Assembly (NCBI GenBank): GCA_964567555.1
Contig: CAZMNA010000001.1
Location: forward strand, 88,911 to 152,910
Length of the DNA stretch: 64,000 nt
Direction of reading: 5' to 3'
Source of the DNA: an uncultured Candidatus Saccharibacteria bacterium
Lineage (GTDB): Bacteria; Patescibacteriota; Saccharimonadia; Saccharimonadales; UBA10212
Shown here: one piece after another, positions 33,894 through 43,758 of the stretch
Layout: each line of letters starts with the position of its first letter
How positions within the stretch are numbered: the stretch's first letter is position 1
Notes under the pieces: model-generated
The model's input: the letters and a program-made list of their open reading frames with translations, nothing else
Database searches by the model: none
Told to the model about the DNA's origin: nothing
Program-made: the position numbers and the translations under genes

Positions 33894-34640
33894 TTATTTA
33901 TACTGGCCGTACTTTTTCTGCAGCCCGAGCTTTGAGGCAATTGGCGTTAGGAAAAACCTACCAATGCGTGAATTTTGAACAATGAGCAGTAAAAGACCGA
34001 CTACAGTTGGGTACCCCACCCAACGACGGCTGGAGATAATGACGCGCAAAGACCGGAGATAGGTATAGCTGGCCTTCACTCGACGCAGTTTATATGCATA
34101 ATTAATGTCGTCCTGTACAACCATATTTTCATTGAATCCGCCAACTTTTTCGTGCTGTTCTTTTTTGACACACATGACTCCACCAATAGCGAATATTTGA
34201 TGAAAAACTTTAATATTGCCAACCATCCACACGTTTATGAGCCAGGTATTAAAACTATCAACAAAGCTTTTCCCGTCCGAACGGTAGGCAGGTGTTAAAA
34301 AGTCCACCGGTTTTTTGGTGAGAGATTTTTGGATTTGGTTGAGCGAATCTTTCGGGATGTGCATGTCGGCATCAATAAAAAGCAGGTATTCGCTTTTTGC
34401 AACCTTAGCGCCGGCGTTGCGTGCGGCGCCCGGCGAACGATGTTTAGAATGAGCAATTTTAATCGGCAGTTTGGCCTTATAACTTTCTGTGAACTGGATA
34501 GTTTTATCCTCTGAGTTGCAATCGGCTATGACAACCTCGTCTGGCTTGGCTGTTTGAGCCACCAAATTATCAAGAAGCTTGACCACGTATTTTTCTTCGT
34601 TGAGGGTTGGGATAATAACGCTGATAGTCGGCATGGACAC
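33894..34640 (-). CDS. family 2 glycosyltransferase
   Basis: ISVIIPTLNEE, DCNSEDKT and FIDADM (DxD) motifs, with a C-terminal TM. Confidence 0.85.
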   Translation of the reverse strand: MSMPTISVIIPTLNEEKYVVKLLDNLVAQTAKPDEVVIADCNSEDKTIQFTESYKAKLPIKIAHSKHRSPGAARNAGAKVAKSEYLLFIDADMHIPKDSLNQIQKSLTKKPVDFLTPAYRSDGKSFVDSFNTWLINVWMVGNIKVFHQIFAIGGVMCVKKEQHEKVGGFNENMVVQDDINYAYKLRRVKASYTYLRSLRVIISSRRWVGYPTVVGLLLLIVQNSRIGRFFLTPIASKLGLQKKYGQYK

Positions 34641-34641
34641 C

Positions 34642-36267
34642 CTACTGAATGCTGACGGGTTTGATCACCATTGCCCTGATTTTTCTGACGACCGGCTCCA
34701 CTTCTTCCAGACCAAACAACGCCGAGACACCAACGTGAACTATCAAGGATGGAACTACGATGATAAGCATCTTGGTAATAAGGGGGAAGAAGCCTTCGCC
34801 GGAGGTATGTTGGATAAGGCTAGCCATAATAAAAGCCGTGATAACCGTGAAGCCGGTGACGGACAAGGTACGAATGACGCCGCTCCAAAATTCTGGCGTG
34901 AACAGTTTGTGGTCACGCCAAATCATAATGCTCATCAATATAAACACTTCAAAGGTAGCCACAATTGTCTGGGCGATGGCCAAACCGCCAATACCAAAGC
35001 CGTTAGGCGCCGGCCGCGACAGTTTCCATACCAGCACAATGTTGAGCGCGATTGAAAAAAGTGATACGTAAAGAGGCGTGCGGGTATCTTTTTGGGCGTA
35101 AAACCAGCGGCTGATAATGGTATAGAGGGTCCTAAATAAAATCGCACCGCAAAGAAAGCCAAATACGTAAGCAATTGAGCCCGAGTCACGGGCAAAAATC
35201 AGGCGTGCTAAATAGCTTTTACAAAAATATGCCAGCACAGCGACGGGCAAGGTTATCCAAAGCATGGTGCGCAGTATCTGCATAAAATCTTTTCTGAAAA
35301 GGTCCGTACGGCCGGCTGCCAGACGGTTGGTTAGGCGCGGAAAGGCAGCTGTAGAAATAGCCGTACCGATCATCATGATTGGAGCCGTTTGCAAAATATA
35401 GGCATTGTAATAAAAGCTGATGTTGCCCTCGCCCAGCCGGCGGGCAAAATTGGTCTCTACAATTGAGTTAATCTGGTCTAGGCCTTGGTCAATACTTCGT
35501 GGCGGCAGGTTGCGCAAAACCACTTTAAAATCCGGGCTCTTCCAAGTAATGTTTGGGTGCCACTTATATTTGAGGCCAAGCAGCCCAAATAAGATAACCA
35601 GAAGCTGAACAACCGCGCCAATTAGTGCGCCTACCCCCAGACCAACTATTCCCAGATGCCCTGGGCCGCCGTGGTGCGGCGAAACTTCGCTAAAGATTAG
35701 CGTACTGATGATGATGCAGGCGTTATAAAACAGCGGTGCAACCGCGTAAAAGAAAAAGCGGCCCAGACTTTGTTGAGTGCTGGTCAAAATACCCGAAATA
35801 GTAAACAATAACGGGTTAAGCGCCAGTAGGCGCATGATAGTGGCGGCAGTATGTAGCTGAGCCGGTGTTAAGTTGGGCGCTACGATGTAATGGATTAGTT
35901 GGTTGGCAAAAATAAGCATAATAAGCGCCACGCCGCCCATGATGAGCGCCAGCAAATTCATAAGGCTGTTGGATAAATCCCAAGCCCCTTTCTTATCGCC
36001 GCGCTCCAGCCGTTCGGCCAAAACTGGCATAAAGGCAACGCCCAGCGCACCAGCCGCTAAGGTATAAAAGAAGAAATCCGGAATGTTAAAGGCAGCAAAG
36101 TAAGTGTCCGTAGAGTGCGGGCCATAAGCCGAAAAGTTGGCGTTAACCAGACGGGTACGCAAAAAACCTAAAATCTGCCCTAAAAAGGCAGTGGCGACCA
36201 GTAGTGCGGCAGCGTTGCCCAAGGATAGGCGCGCAGCCGCGCGGTTTTTAATCCACTTTGGATACAT
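34642..36267 (-). CDS. murJ: lipid II flippase MurJ
   Basis: 541-aa polytopic MOP-family protein with a MurJ/MviN-like N-terminus (LLVATAFLGQILGFLRTRLVNANF). Confidence 0.88.
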   Translation of the reverse strand: MYPKWIKNRAAARLSLGNAAALLVATAFLGQILGFLRTRLVNANFSAYGPHSTDTYFAAFNIPDFFFYTLAAGALGVAFMPVLAERLERGDKKGAWDLSNSLMNLLALIMGGVALIMLIFANQLIHYIVAPNLTPAQLHTAATIMRLLALNPLLFTISGILTSTQQSLGRFFFYAVAPLFYNACIIISTLIFSEVSPHHGGPGHLGIVGLGVGALIGAVVQLLVILFGLLGLKYKWHPNITWKSPDFKVVLRNLPPRSIDQGLDQINSIVETNFARRLGEGNISFYYNAYILQTAPIMMIGTAISTAAFPRLTNRLAAGRTDLFRKDFMQILRTMLWITLPVAVLAYFCKSYLARLIFARDSGSIAYVFGFLCGAILFRTLYTIISRWFYAQKDTRTPLYVSLFSIALNIVLVWKLSRPAPNGFGIGGLAIAQTIVATFEVFILMSIMIWRDHKLFTPEFWSGVIRTLSVTGFTVITAFIMASLIQHTSGEGFFPLITKMLIIVVPSLIVHVGVSALFGLEEVEPVVRKIRAMVIKPVSIQ

Positions 36268-36503
36268 TTACCTAAAAGTATATAGCTTTCAGCTAGCCTG
36301 TTCTAGATAATCTGCCATCTTAATTCCTAGTCATTTTAATTCAAGCTGGTTCGGACTCGAGCAAACAGAGGGAGCTTTGGAGCAGGTCATAAGTTCAGAA
36401 CCGAGGACTGTCCGACCCACCAACTGGCGGGAAGTTCCGCAGGTTCACTTTTGACTAGTGAGCAAAGCGACCGTCCAGATTTGCGAATGTCCGAGAGTTT
36501 GGC

Positions 36504-36527
36504 GCCACCTTTTCGGCAAAAGGTGGC
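36504..36527. terminator. 10-bp hairpin just after the ABC permease stop (no U-tract)
   Basis: GCCACCTTTT-cggc-AAAAGGTGGC. Confidence 0.4.
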
Positions 36528-36533
36528 AAAAGG

Positions 36534-37769
36534 TTATTCCCAGCGGAAGACGCGGAAAGCGACCGCATAGATTACGACCGCCCAAAGCAGCGTTAGGCCA
36601 ATCTGCGGACCAATTTGGGTGAGATGTTCACCTTCTGTGGCAATCATGCGTACGCCATCAATGATTGGCGTCAGCGGCAAATAAGCACTAATGTGCTGTA
36701 GCCACTGCGGCATGGCGTAACGAGGGAAAAAAGTACCAGACAAAAACATCATCGGAAAAGAGATGATGTTGGTTAGGGGTGCTGACTGATTCTCATTTTT
36801 TGCCCAGCCTCCTACGGCTAGGCCGATGCCGAAGATGGTTAAAATCCCGAGCACGATAAACACGGCTAGCTCAAAATAATTGCCCACCATATGGAAACCA
36901 AACAGCCCGGCCGCTACAGCCAGCATGATGGCAATAGAGAACAGCCCGATGAGAGCGTTTGATAAGACGCTGGAGATGAAAAACTCCCAGACCCTAAGCG
37001 GCGTAATGTGGAGACGGCGCAGCACTCCCTGCTTTTTCATTTGCGGAAAATAATTAGCCGGTCCAAAAACGCCCAGGCCTAGAATTGAGAAGCCAAGCAA
37101 TCCCGAAACTGTGTAATCCAGCTTGGACAAGCCTTGGGTATTAGTGGACTTGGCCGCCACGCTAAACGGCACCGGCGTTTTAACCAGCTTGGAATTAATG
37201 CCCTGGAACTGCCCCTCTAAGACCGATTGCAATGTTTGGGCGGCCTGAGCGTTATTTTGATCATAATAAACAACCGCTTGGCCGGTTGGATGGCCGCTTT
37301 TTACGGCTCCAAAACTTGGTGGCAATAAAATAGTGGCGTCAATCTCTGAGCGGCTCATTTTGGCCTTAGCCTGAGCTAAGGTACTTACAGTGTTGTCCAC
37401 CTTGAACGATTTGCTTGTTTTTGTCTGGTTGACAAATTTTTGGGAAAAAGCAGTGTGAGAGTCGTTTATAAGCCCGATGTGAAAACTAATATCACTGCCC
37501 TTGCTTAGGCTGCCAAAGATTAGTAAGAATATCAGCGGAAAGGCAACCGTAAAGAAAAGCGCCACGCGGTCTCGGAAGTAACGGCGCAAACTGATTTTGG
37601 CAAAAGTCCAGACGGTAAAAATAGTTTTGTGCTTGGGCGGCTCTGTTTTAGCAGCCCTCGCTGCCGGCAAGGCCGGCTTAAGCTGCTGGCCACGGCGTTT
37701 TATTCCCGTAAAACGCATATAAAGCCGGGCCAAAACTGCAAGAGCTACCAAGATTATTAGGACGTACAT
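36534..37769 (-). CDS. ABC-2 type transporter permease
   Basis: N-terminal TM, a large external domain and five C-terminal TMs typical of ABC-2 exporters. TAATG coupling to the ATPase. Confidence 0.85.
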   Translation of the reverse strand: MYVLIILVALAVLARLYMRFTGIKRRGQQLKPALPAARAAKTEPPKHKTIFTVWTFAKISLRRYFRDRVALFFTVAFPLIFLLIFGSLSKGSDISFHIGLINDSHTAFSQKFVNQTKTSKSFKVDNTVSTLAQAKAKMSRSEIDATILLPPSFGAVKSGHPTGQAVVYYDQNNAQAAQTLQSVLEGQFQGINSKLVKTPVPFSVAAKSTNTQGLSKLDYTVSGLLGFSILGLGVFGPANYFPQMKKQGVLRRLHITPLRVWEFFISSVLSNALIGLFSIAIMLAVAAGLFGFHMVGNYFELAVFIVLGILTIFGIGLAVGGWAKNENQSAPLTNIISFPMMFLSGTFFPRYAMPQWLQHISAYLPLTPIIDGVRMIATEGEHLTQIGPQIGLTLLWAVVIYAVAFRVFRWE

Positions 37770-38536
37770 TAGCGCTCCAGCTCCTTACCGGTCAAATCAA
37801 TAAACACGTCTTCTAAATTTGCCTGCTCCACTTGGCGGGCTTTTTTAAAGCCTTTGCCTAGCAGTTTTTGGATGAGATTGGCTGGTGTATCCATAGCTAC
37901 AATTTCCCCCTCATCCATAATGGCCACGCGGTCGCACAGCTGTTCGGCTTCTTCCATGTAATGAGTCGTCAAAATTATGGTTGTCCCCTTGCCGTGGTTG
38001 TTAATCTTTTGGACCAGCTCCCAAAGGTCACGACGCGCCTGTGGATCTAGGCCTGTGGTAGGCTCATCCATAAAAAAGACTGTCGGCTTATGAACTAGCG
38101 CTGCAGCAATTGAAAAGCGCTGCTTCTGGCCGCCGGAGAGGTTTTCTATAAAGCTATCCGCCTTATCTTTTAGGTTCACATCGCTCAGAAGTTCGGTTGG
38201 GTTTACCCGCTCACCGTAGGCGGCGGCCTGCTGCTCCAAAAGTTCGGTTAAACGGACCTTGTCCATGAAGGCGGTAGATTGAGTCTGGACACCTATGGCA
38301 TAACGAACAGCTTGGGGATCTTTGGCCACGTCTATGCCGTTAACTTTGGCCTTACCACCGTCAATTTCCCGCAGCGTTTCTACCATCTCAAGAGTTGTGG
38401 TTTTGCCGGCGCCATTTGGCCCCAAAATTCCAAAGATTTCACCAGCTTTGACACTAAAGCTAATGCCTCGGACAACGTCCTTGTCGTCATAACTCTTGCG
38501 CAGTTTTTCAACTACGACTACATCTGAGACTGCCAT
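37769..38536 (-). CDS. ABC transporter ATP-binding protein
   Basis: Walker A GPNGAGKTT, signature LSGGQKQR and Walker B FFMDEP. ATG 38536 follows TACAAT (38544-38549) by 7 nt. The track start 38569 would run into a terminator. Confidence 0.9.
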   Translation of the reverse strand: MAVSDVVVVEKLRKSYDDKDVVRGISFSVKAGEIFGILGPNGAGKTTTLEMVETLREIDGGKAKVNGIDVAKDPQAVRYAIGVQTQSTAFMDKVRLTELLEQQAAAYGERVNPTELLSDVNLKDKADSFIENLSGGQKQRFSIAAALVHKPTVFFMDEPTTGLDPQARRDLWELVQKINNHGKGTTIILTTHYMEEAEQLCDRVAIMDEGEIVAMDTPANLIQKLLGKGFKKARQVEQANLEDVFIDLTGKELER

Positions 38537-38550
38537 TAACTTAATTGTAG

Positions 38551-38583
38551 CAAAAGAAAAACCCGCCAAAATTTTGGCGGGTT
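38551..38583 (-). terminator. rho-independent terminator of the 66-aa gene
   Basis: Perfect palindrome AACCCGCCAAAATTTTGGCGGGTT followed on the minus strand by TTTTCTTTT. Confidence 0.8.
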
Positions 38584-38612
38584 AGTTTTAACGTTTTGGT
38601 GTTTTATATTAC

Positions 38613-38813
38613 TTACGCTTTGCGCTTTAGGGTCAAAAAGCCGTTGCGCGGGTTCTCATTGACAACCCGGTCATCTGGCAACTCAACACCAGTGTCAGCC
38701 CGCTCATCCTTAGAAAAGTAATAAATTGTTTGTGTCTTGCCACCGCGCAGTGTTACTGCCTTAGCGTTCAAGTAGTAGGTAACACCTTTAGAGTTAGTGT
38801 GCTTATAAGCCAT
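38613..38813 (-). CDS. small basic protein of unknown function (66 aa)
   Basis: Stand-alone ORF with its own terminator. Family not confidently recognised. Confidence 0.55.
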   Translation of the reverse strand: MAYKHTNSKGVTYYLNAKAVTLRGGKTQTIYYFSKDERADTGVELPDDRVVNENPRNGFLTLKRKA

Positions 38814-38994
38814 TGCTTGCTCACCTCTTCCGTTAATTAGTTAATGTACCCCTAAAATACCCTTTAGCCCGATTTGCTGTCAACCCCAATTGTTTTTTCC
38901 TACAACAGATTAGGCATCATGCGGCCATTGCGCGTCAAAGCGCTTATGAGTTAGTATGGTTAGGTAATAATTAAAGGTGGAGTAAGAGAACGCT

Positions 38995-39633
38995 ATGGAC
39001 TTTATGTCACGAGGACGTACCCCAGAGGCTCCCCAAGGTCAAGCGCCTGTTCCGGCGCAACACATGGGCGGGCGCCGTAAACATTTTGATTGGAACAATC
39101 GGGTTGTGAGGATAGAGTGGTTTATTTTCGCTCTGGTAATTGCCGTCTTACTTTTAATAACTATTGGTTGGGCGATTTGGAATGGAAGTAACGTAGGTTA
39201 CTCTGAGGCCAATCAAATAGATAAAAGCAAATACCAAGCCGTATTTTTGAACGGTGGTTCTACATCCGGCTCAGTGGCCTACACAACCTACTTTGGCCAC
39301 GTTACAAAGCTAACGCCCCAGTACATGATTTTGCAAAACGTCTATTACCTGACCACCTCTACAAGCGGGACCGGCAGCTCTCAGCAGACTCAGCCTCAGC
39401 TAACCAAGCTTGGTTGTCAGCAACTGCATTCACCGACTGACGAGATGGTCATCAACCGCTCACAGGTGGCTTTCTGGGAGAACCTGCAAACTAACGGTAA
39501 AGTTGTCCAAGCTATCAAGGCGTTTGTCCAACAGAACCCGAATGGTCCTAACTGTAACGCTACAAGTTCGACAAGCGGCCAAAACTCGACGACTCCTAGC
39601 TCTTCAACCTCCGGCACAAACGCTGGTCAATAA
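38995..39633 (+). CDS. membrane-anchored protein with Ser/Thr-rich C-terminus
   Basis: SD AAAGGTGGAG. TM WFIFALVIAVLLLITIGWAIW and an SSTSGQNSTTPSSSTSGT tail. Confidence 0.6.
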   Translation: MDFMSRGRTPEAPQGQAPVPAQHMGGRRKHFDWNNRVVRIEWFIFALVIAVLLLITIGWAIWNGSNVGYSEANQIDKSKYQAVFLNGGSTSGSVAYTTYFGHVTKLTPQYMILQNVYYLTTSTSGTGSSQQTQPQLTKLGCQQLHSPTDEMVINRSQVAFWENLQTNGKVVQAIKAFVQQNPNGPNCNATSSTSGQNSTTPSSSTSGTNAGQ

Positions 39634-39646
39634 AAGACCGAGCTAT

Positions 39647-39681
39647 AAAAAACCCGGCTTTCGCTTGAGCTGGGTTTTTTT
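39647..39681. terminator. bidirectional rho-independent terminator
   Basis: AAAAAACCCGGCT-ttcgcttg-AGCTGGGTTTTTTT between convergent genes. Confidence 0.8.
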
Positions 39682-40285
39682 ATAAGTACTTTTGTTTAGC
39701 AAAGCTAGCCACTGAAAGAGCCAGCAAAAGACCGCTCACAACTAGTGACCAGCCGGCAAGGTCAGGACTCCAAACCGGACTCAAGAAATCATATTCATAT
39801 AAGGCTGGCGGGATTTTGGCGGGAGCATGACCACCGTGAGTGGTTATATAATTCTCCACACAAGTCACGCGGGGGAGAAGTTCAAGGTAGTAAAGAGACG
39901 GTATTTTTGCTTCGCAGTAATTCTCCGCTGTTGTATATAAACCCTGGTTATTGGCCGCGGCTTGAGCTTTTTGTTCCAACCGTTGATAGGTGTACTCCAG
40001 CTGAATGGGCGGGTAGATGCTATTGCCACCAGAGGTTAGGTCGGTGTTCATGTGGCCATAAACATATGAGCGCAGATTGTCTAAAGCCTTTTCTACACCT
40101 ATACCAGACTTATCCGCAGCATAAAGCTGATTACGAAAACCTAGCATTGTCTGATTGTTGTGGCGCAAGGCAAAGATGGACACGGTAGCGCAAACTACAA
40201 AAGCTGCAAACCAGATTTTGTAACTTAGGACTTTGGCTATGGCCCACAGGTTTGCCCTGGTCAGTTCATGGTTATCCATAACCAT
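39680..40285 (-). CDS. membrane protein with N- and C-terminal TM helices
   Basis: 201 aa. TMs IWFAAFVVCATVSIFAL and WSLVVSGLLLALSVASF. Confidence 0.6.
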   Translation of the reverse strand: MVMDNHELTRANLWAIAKVLSYKIWFAAFVVCATVSIFALRHNNQTMLGFRNQLYAADKSGIGVEKALDNLRSYVYGHMNTDLTSGGNSIYPPIQLEYTYQRLEQKAQAAANNQGLYTTAENYCEAKIPSLYYLELLPRVTCVENYITTHGGHAPAKIPPALYEYDFLSPVWSPDLAGWSLVVSGLLLALSVASFAKQKYL

Positions 40286-40361
40286 TATGTTGTCATGGCC
40301 GCATTAAATCGTCAAAAAGCTACTGCTTGCTTTTTGGCTAAAACGGAGGTTTAGTGAACGC

Positions 40362-40892
40362 ATGAGAAATGAGGTTTTTGTACCCGAATGTCTTCCCGCA
40401 AAACCGGATCGCCTAAGGCGAATGGCTAAAGAGTGGCAAGTCGTGAACTTGCTTGTTGGGCTGGTTCCCTATCCATACATACTTGAGGAAGATCGGGAAA
40501 ACGCTAGACAGAAGTTGATTGACAAGTGGCTAGACGCACGCTCTTTTGCTCCAGTACTGGCTTCCACGGTAGTAGCACATGCCAATATTGCTATTGACTA
40601 CGGACGACGGCCAGCTATCGGAGTCGGTCCCAATAGAAATGATGCTTTTTATTTTCTAGGCTCATATTACCCGGGTCATAACTTACACTTTCTTGGGCAT
40701 AATGGAGAAAACAGCTATAACTGCTCTCTGTATCTAAATGACGATGCATCGTTACGTTTAATGCCTGGTCGGCCTAGGTACGAAAGATCGCTAGCAACCG
40801 GATTGATGGGTGGTTTTGACCGCTGCCTGCTGGATCTGGCCAACATAGTTGAAGTTGGGCCGGACAGCTTTGCTGGTAATTCGCAAAGTTAG
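40362..40892 (+). CDS. hypothetical protein (orphan, 176 aa)
   Basis: SD ACGGAGG. Soluble, with no recognised domain. Confidence 0.55.
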   Translation: MRNEVFVPECLPAKPDRLRRMAKEWQVVNLLVGLVPYPYILEEDRENARQKLIDKWLDARSFAPVLASTVVAHANIAIDYGRRPAIGVGPNRNDAFYFLGSYYPGHNLHFLGHNGENSYNCSLYLNDDASLRLMPGRPRYERSLATGLMGGFDRCLLDLANIVEVGPDSFAGNSQS

Positions 40893-40929
40893 ACTTTAGC
40901 GCGTGCTAACAAACCGTTAAACTAAGCTC

Positions 40930-42213
40930 ATGCACGTATTCTTCTCAGGCATCGGCGGCAGCGGCATGAGTTCACTAGCCTTGGTGGCAAAACAGGCTGG
41001 ATGGCTTGTTAGCGGCTCGGACTCTCAGGCTAGTTCAACGATTTCCTATCTTAAAAAAAACGGCGTTGAAAATATTTACATCGGCCAGAGCCGTGAAGCA
41101 ATTGAGTCAGTTCATCAAAAAAACCCGATTGGCCTTTATATTTATACTTCGGCAATTAGCGATCCTAACCACCCTGAGTTGGATTTTTGCAATAAAGCCG
41201 GCATTAAGACCGGCAAACGAGATGATTTCTTGAGTCAAATTATTAAAGAAAATAACCCTAAACTGGTAGCTGTCGCCGGTACACATGGAAAATCAACTAC
41301 AACCGCGATGGCTATCTGGGTTTTTAAAGAACTGGGTATGCCCATTGGTTATAGCGTCGGCGCGAAGCTGAATTTTGGGCTTCCCGGCGGCATGGAAAAC
41401 GATGCTAAGTTTTTTATCTTAGAAGCCGACGAATTTGACCGTAGTTTTTTGAGTTTTTATCCCAGTTTGGCGCTCATTTCTGGGTTAGACTGGGACCATC
41501 CGGATATCTACCCCACGCGGGAGAGTTACTATGAGGCATTTAATGAGTTTATTGAGCAGTCTGAAAAAACTGTACTTTGGCAAACTGATGCCGAGGCTTT
41601 GGCGCTGGAAGCCGGTCCCAACCTGCAGGTGCTAGACGGCGCCGATGGCGCTATTGACGCAAGTCTCAAACTAACCGGACGAGTTAACCGCCAGAACGCT
41701 TGGTTGGTTGCCCATGCCCTTGCGGCTGAGCTTGACCAGCCGCTGGAAAAGCTACTAGAGATTCTCAATAAATTCCCCGGATTATCGCGCCGCTTTGAGG
41801 AGCTGGCGCCTAATATCTACACCGACTATGCTCATACGCCGGCCAAAATCCGCGGCGCTTTAGAAACAGCCCAAGAGGCTGGCGGCCAGGATATCGTTGT
41901 CGTGTACGAAGGCTTGCATAACCTACGCCAGCATTTTATTAAAGAAGAGCTGGTCCACCTATTTGACAACGTAAAAAAACTTTACATCGTACCTAGTTAT
42001 TTGGCTCGCGAAGACCCGAGTCTAAAAAATTTATCGCCAAGTGATATCAAAGAACTTTTGAGTGACACGGCCAAATCTAAAACTGAGCCCGCTCAGCTTG
42101 ATGATGATTTGCTAGCCAAAATCAAACAGCACGCTGAGCAAGGCGAGTTGGTGCTTTGCCTCACCGCTGGCGGCGGCGGTAGTTTGGACGAATGGTTAAG
42201 AAAGGAATTATAA
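40930..42213 (+). CDS. Mur ligase family protein (MurC/Mpl-like)
   Basis: FSGIGGSGMSSLA N-terminal Rossmann and the AVAGTHGKSTTTAM P-loop. ATG follows TAAACT by 6 nt. Confidence 0.8.
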   Translation: MHVFFSGIGGSGMSSLALVAKQAGWLVSGSDSQASSTISYLKKNGVENIYIGQSREAIESVHQKNPIGLYIYTSAISDPNHPELDFCNKAGIKTGKRDDFLSQIIKENNPKLVAVAGTHGKSTTTAMAIWVFKELGMPIGYSVGAKLNFGLPGGMENDAKFFILEADEFDRSFLSFYPSLALISGLDWDHPDIYPTRESYYEAFNEFIEQSEKTVLWQTDAEALALEAGPNLQVLDGADGAIDASLKLTGRVNRQNAWLVAHALAAELDQPLEKLLEILNKFPGLSRRFEELAPNIYTDYAHTPAKIRGALETAQEAGGQDIVVVYEGLHNLRQHFIKEELVHLFDNVKKLYIVPSYLAREDPSLKNLSPSDIKELLSDTAKSKTEPAQLDDDLLAKIKQHAEQGELVLCLTAGGGGSLDEWLRKEL

Positions 42214-42945
42214 GTGAAACTAGTTCAGCTAAACGTATGGGCCGGCCGTCTGCAAAACCAGGTCTCTGACTTTTTGCACAAAGAAAGTCCGGACATAATC
42301 TGTCTCCAGGAGGCCATTAGTTTTAATAAAAAAGATGCTGCAATAATGCGAACAATTGAGAACATCCAAGCAGACAATAACTTGGGCTATGCAATTATGG
42401 CACCGACGTTCTCTTTCAAGCTTATGGAAGGTACAGCCAGTTTCGGCAACTGCATTATCAGTCGCTCTCCCATCAAAAAGTCCGAGGTTATTTTTACGCA
42501 CCTTGAGCACAAAAGTAATTTCGATTTCAACGAAGAAAGTGGTAACGTGCGTAACTTTGTTCACGCTGTCATCAATTTGGAGGGAAAATCTTGCAATATA
42601 TTGACGCACCACGGCTATTGGATTCCTGAACACAAAAACGGTAATGAAGAAACTATGCGCCAGATAAAACAGCTGGTCGACTACATTAGCAACTTAAGCG
42701 GTCCAGTAATTTTAAGCGGTGATTTCAATCTTGCGCCAGACAGTGATTCGTTAAAAATACTTAATGAAAAGTTGACCAACCTTTCGCTCCAGTACAGACT
42801 GAAGACCACTAGAACCCAGCTGACCACTAAAACGGAGGTTTGTGATTATATTTTTGTTAACAACGAGGTTAAAATACAGAACTTTACCGCTTCTGACGAA
42901 TTAGTATCGGATCATAAAGCCCTAATTCTAGAATTTAATGTCTAG
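42214..42945 (+). CDS. endonuclease/exonuclease/phosphatase family protein
   Basis: GTG start after SD AAGGAA. LQE, GDFN and SDH motifs of the EEP fold. Confidence 0.8.
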   Translation: MKLVQLNVWAGRLQNQVSDFLHKESPDIICLQEAISFNKKDAAIMRTIENIQADNNLGYAIMAPTFSFKLMEGTASFGNCIISRSPIKKSEVIFTHLEHKSNFDFNEESGNVRNFVHAVINLEGKSCNILTHHGYWIPEHKNGNEETMRQIKQLVDYISNLSGPVILSGDFNLAPDSDSLKILNEKLTNLSLQYRLKTTRTQLTTKTEVCDYIFVNNEVKIQNFTASDELVSDHKALILEFNV

Positions 42946-43582
42946 CTTTAATAAGCAGCTAGAGACTGCCGCTAATCATCTGATAAAGGTTGATAAAAAG
43001 CTGGCTCCCATCATAGCCGCCAGCGGGCCGTGCCGGATAAAACCGCACAAAGACCACTATGGTGAGCTGGTTTCTAATATTGTCGGCCAGCAGCTGTCTA
43101 CCAAAGCAGCTTACGCGATTTGGCAACGTATATTGGCTTTATTCGACGGCAAAATGCCCACGCCCCAGCAGCTGATAAAAATTGACGGCCAAAAATTGCG
43201 TGATGTCGGCCTCAGCTGGGCCAAGGTGACCTACGTTAAGGATATTGCTCAGCATATTTTGGACGGCCGGCTAGACATGGAACATATCTCTACAATGCCC
43301 AACAAACAATTAATTGAGCAATTGACAGCCGTCAAAGGCACTGGCGAATGGAGCGCGCACATGTTCATGATGTTTGGTCTAGGCCGGCTAGATGTTTTGC
43401 CAGTTAGTGATCTAGGAATCAGAAAAGCCGTCCAAAAACTTTATGGTTTAAAATCCCTGCCCGATGCTGGCAAGATTATAACCATCGCTAACAAAAATAA
43501 GTGGCACCCGTACGAATCAGTTGCTAGTTGGTATCTTTGGCAATCCCTAGACAATAACGCTGCCAAACCTTCCCGGCACTAA
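42938..43582 (+). CDS. alkA: DNA-3-methyladenine glycosylase II (HhH-GPD, AlkA-like)
   Basis: HhH motif LTAVKGTGEWSAHMFMMF and the catalytic-Asp region VLPVSDLGIRKA. Confidence 0.85.
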   Translation: MSSFNKQLETAANHLIKVDKKLAPIIAASGPCRIKPHKDHYGELVSNIVGQQLSTKAAYAIWQRILALFDGKMPTPQQLIKIDGQKLRDVGLSWAKVTYVKDIAQHILDGRLDMEHISTMPNKQLIEQLTAVKGTGEWSAHMFMMFGLGRLDVLPVSDLGIRKAVQKLYGLKSLPDAGKIITIANKNKWHPYESVASWYLWQSLDNNAAKPSRH

Positions 43583-43735
43583 ATCCCTGTTGCCGGGCAT
43601 AGCCCGGCATACCGGCTTTAGTTAATGGCGCATTGCGTCGTCAGCCACTCCGCTACTTCCTCGCGGTATCTTTAAATACGGCTCAGTCCGTTGCTCGCGG
43701 CTTCCTCGTACTGCACCCATTCGGGAAGGTTTGGC
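43562..43735. repeat. 14-bp perfect inverted repeat enclosing a 146-nt structured spacer
   Basis: GCCAAACCTTCCCG (43562-43575) and CGGGAAGGTTTGGC (43722-43735). Inner hairpin GCCGGGC-ata-GCCCGGC (43592-43608). Confidence 0.6.
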
Positions 43736-43758
43736 CAAAAATAGGCCCGCCATAGCAC

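Noticed and set aside
40316-40348. CTACTGCTTGCTTTTTGGCTAAAAC resembles a scrambled copy of the GCTTATGCTTGCA element
   Set aside because: The order of the sub-motifs is inverted relative to the five aligned copies, and the match is short. It was not counted.
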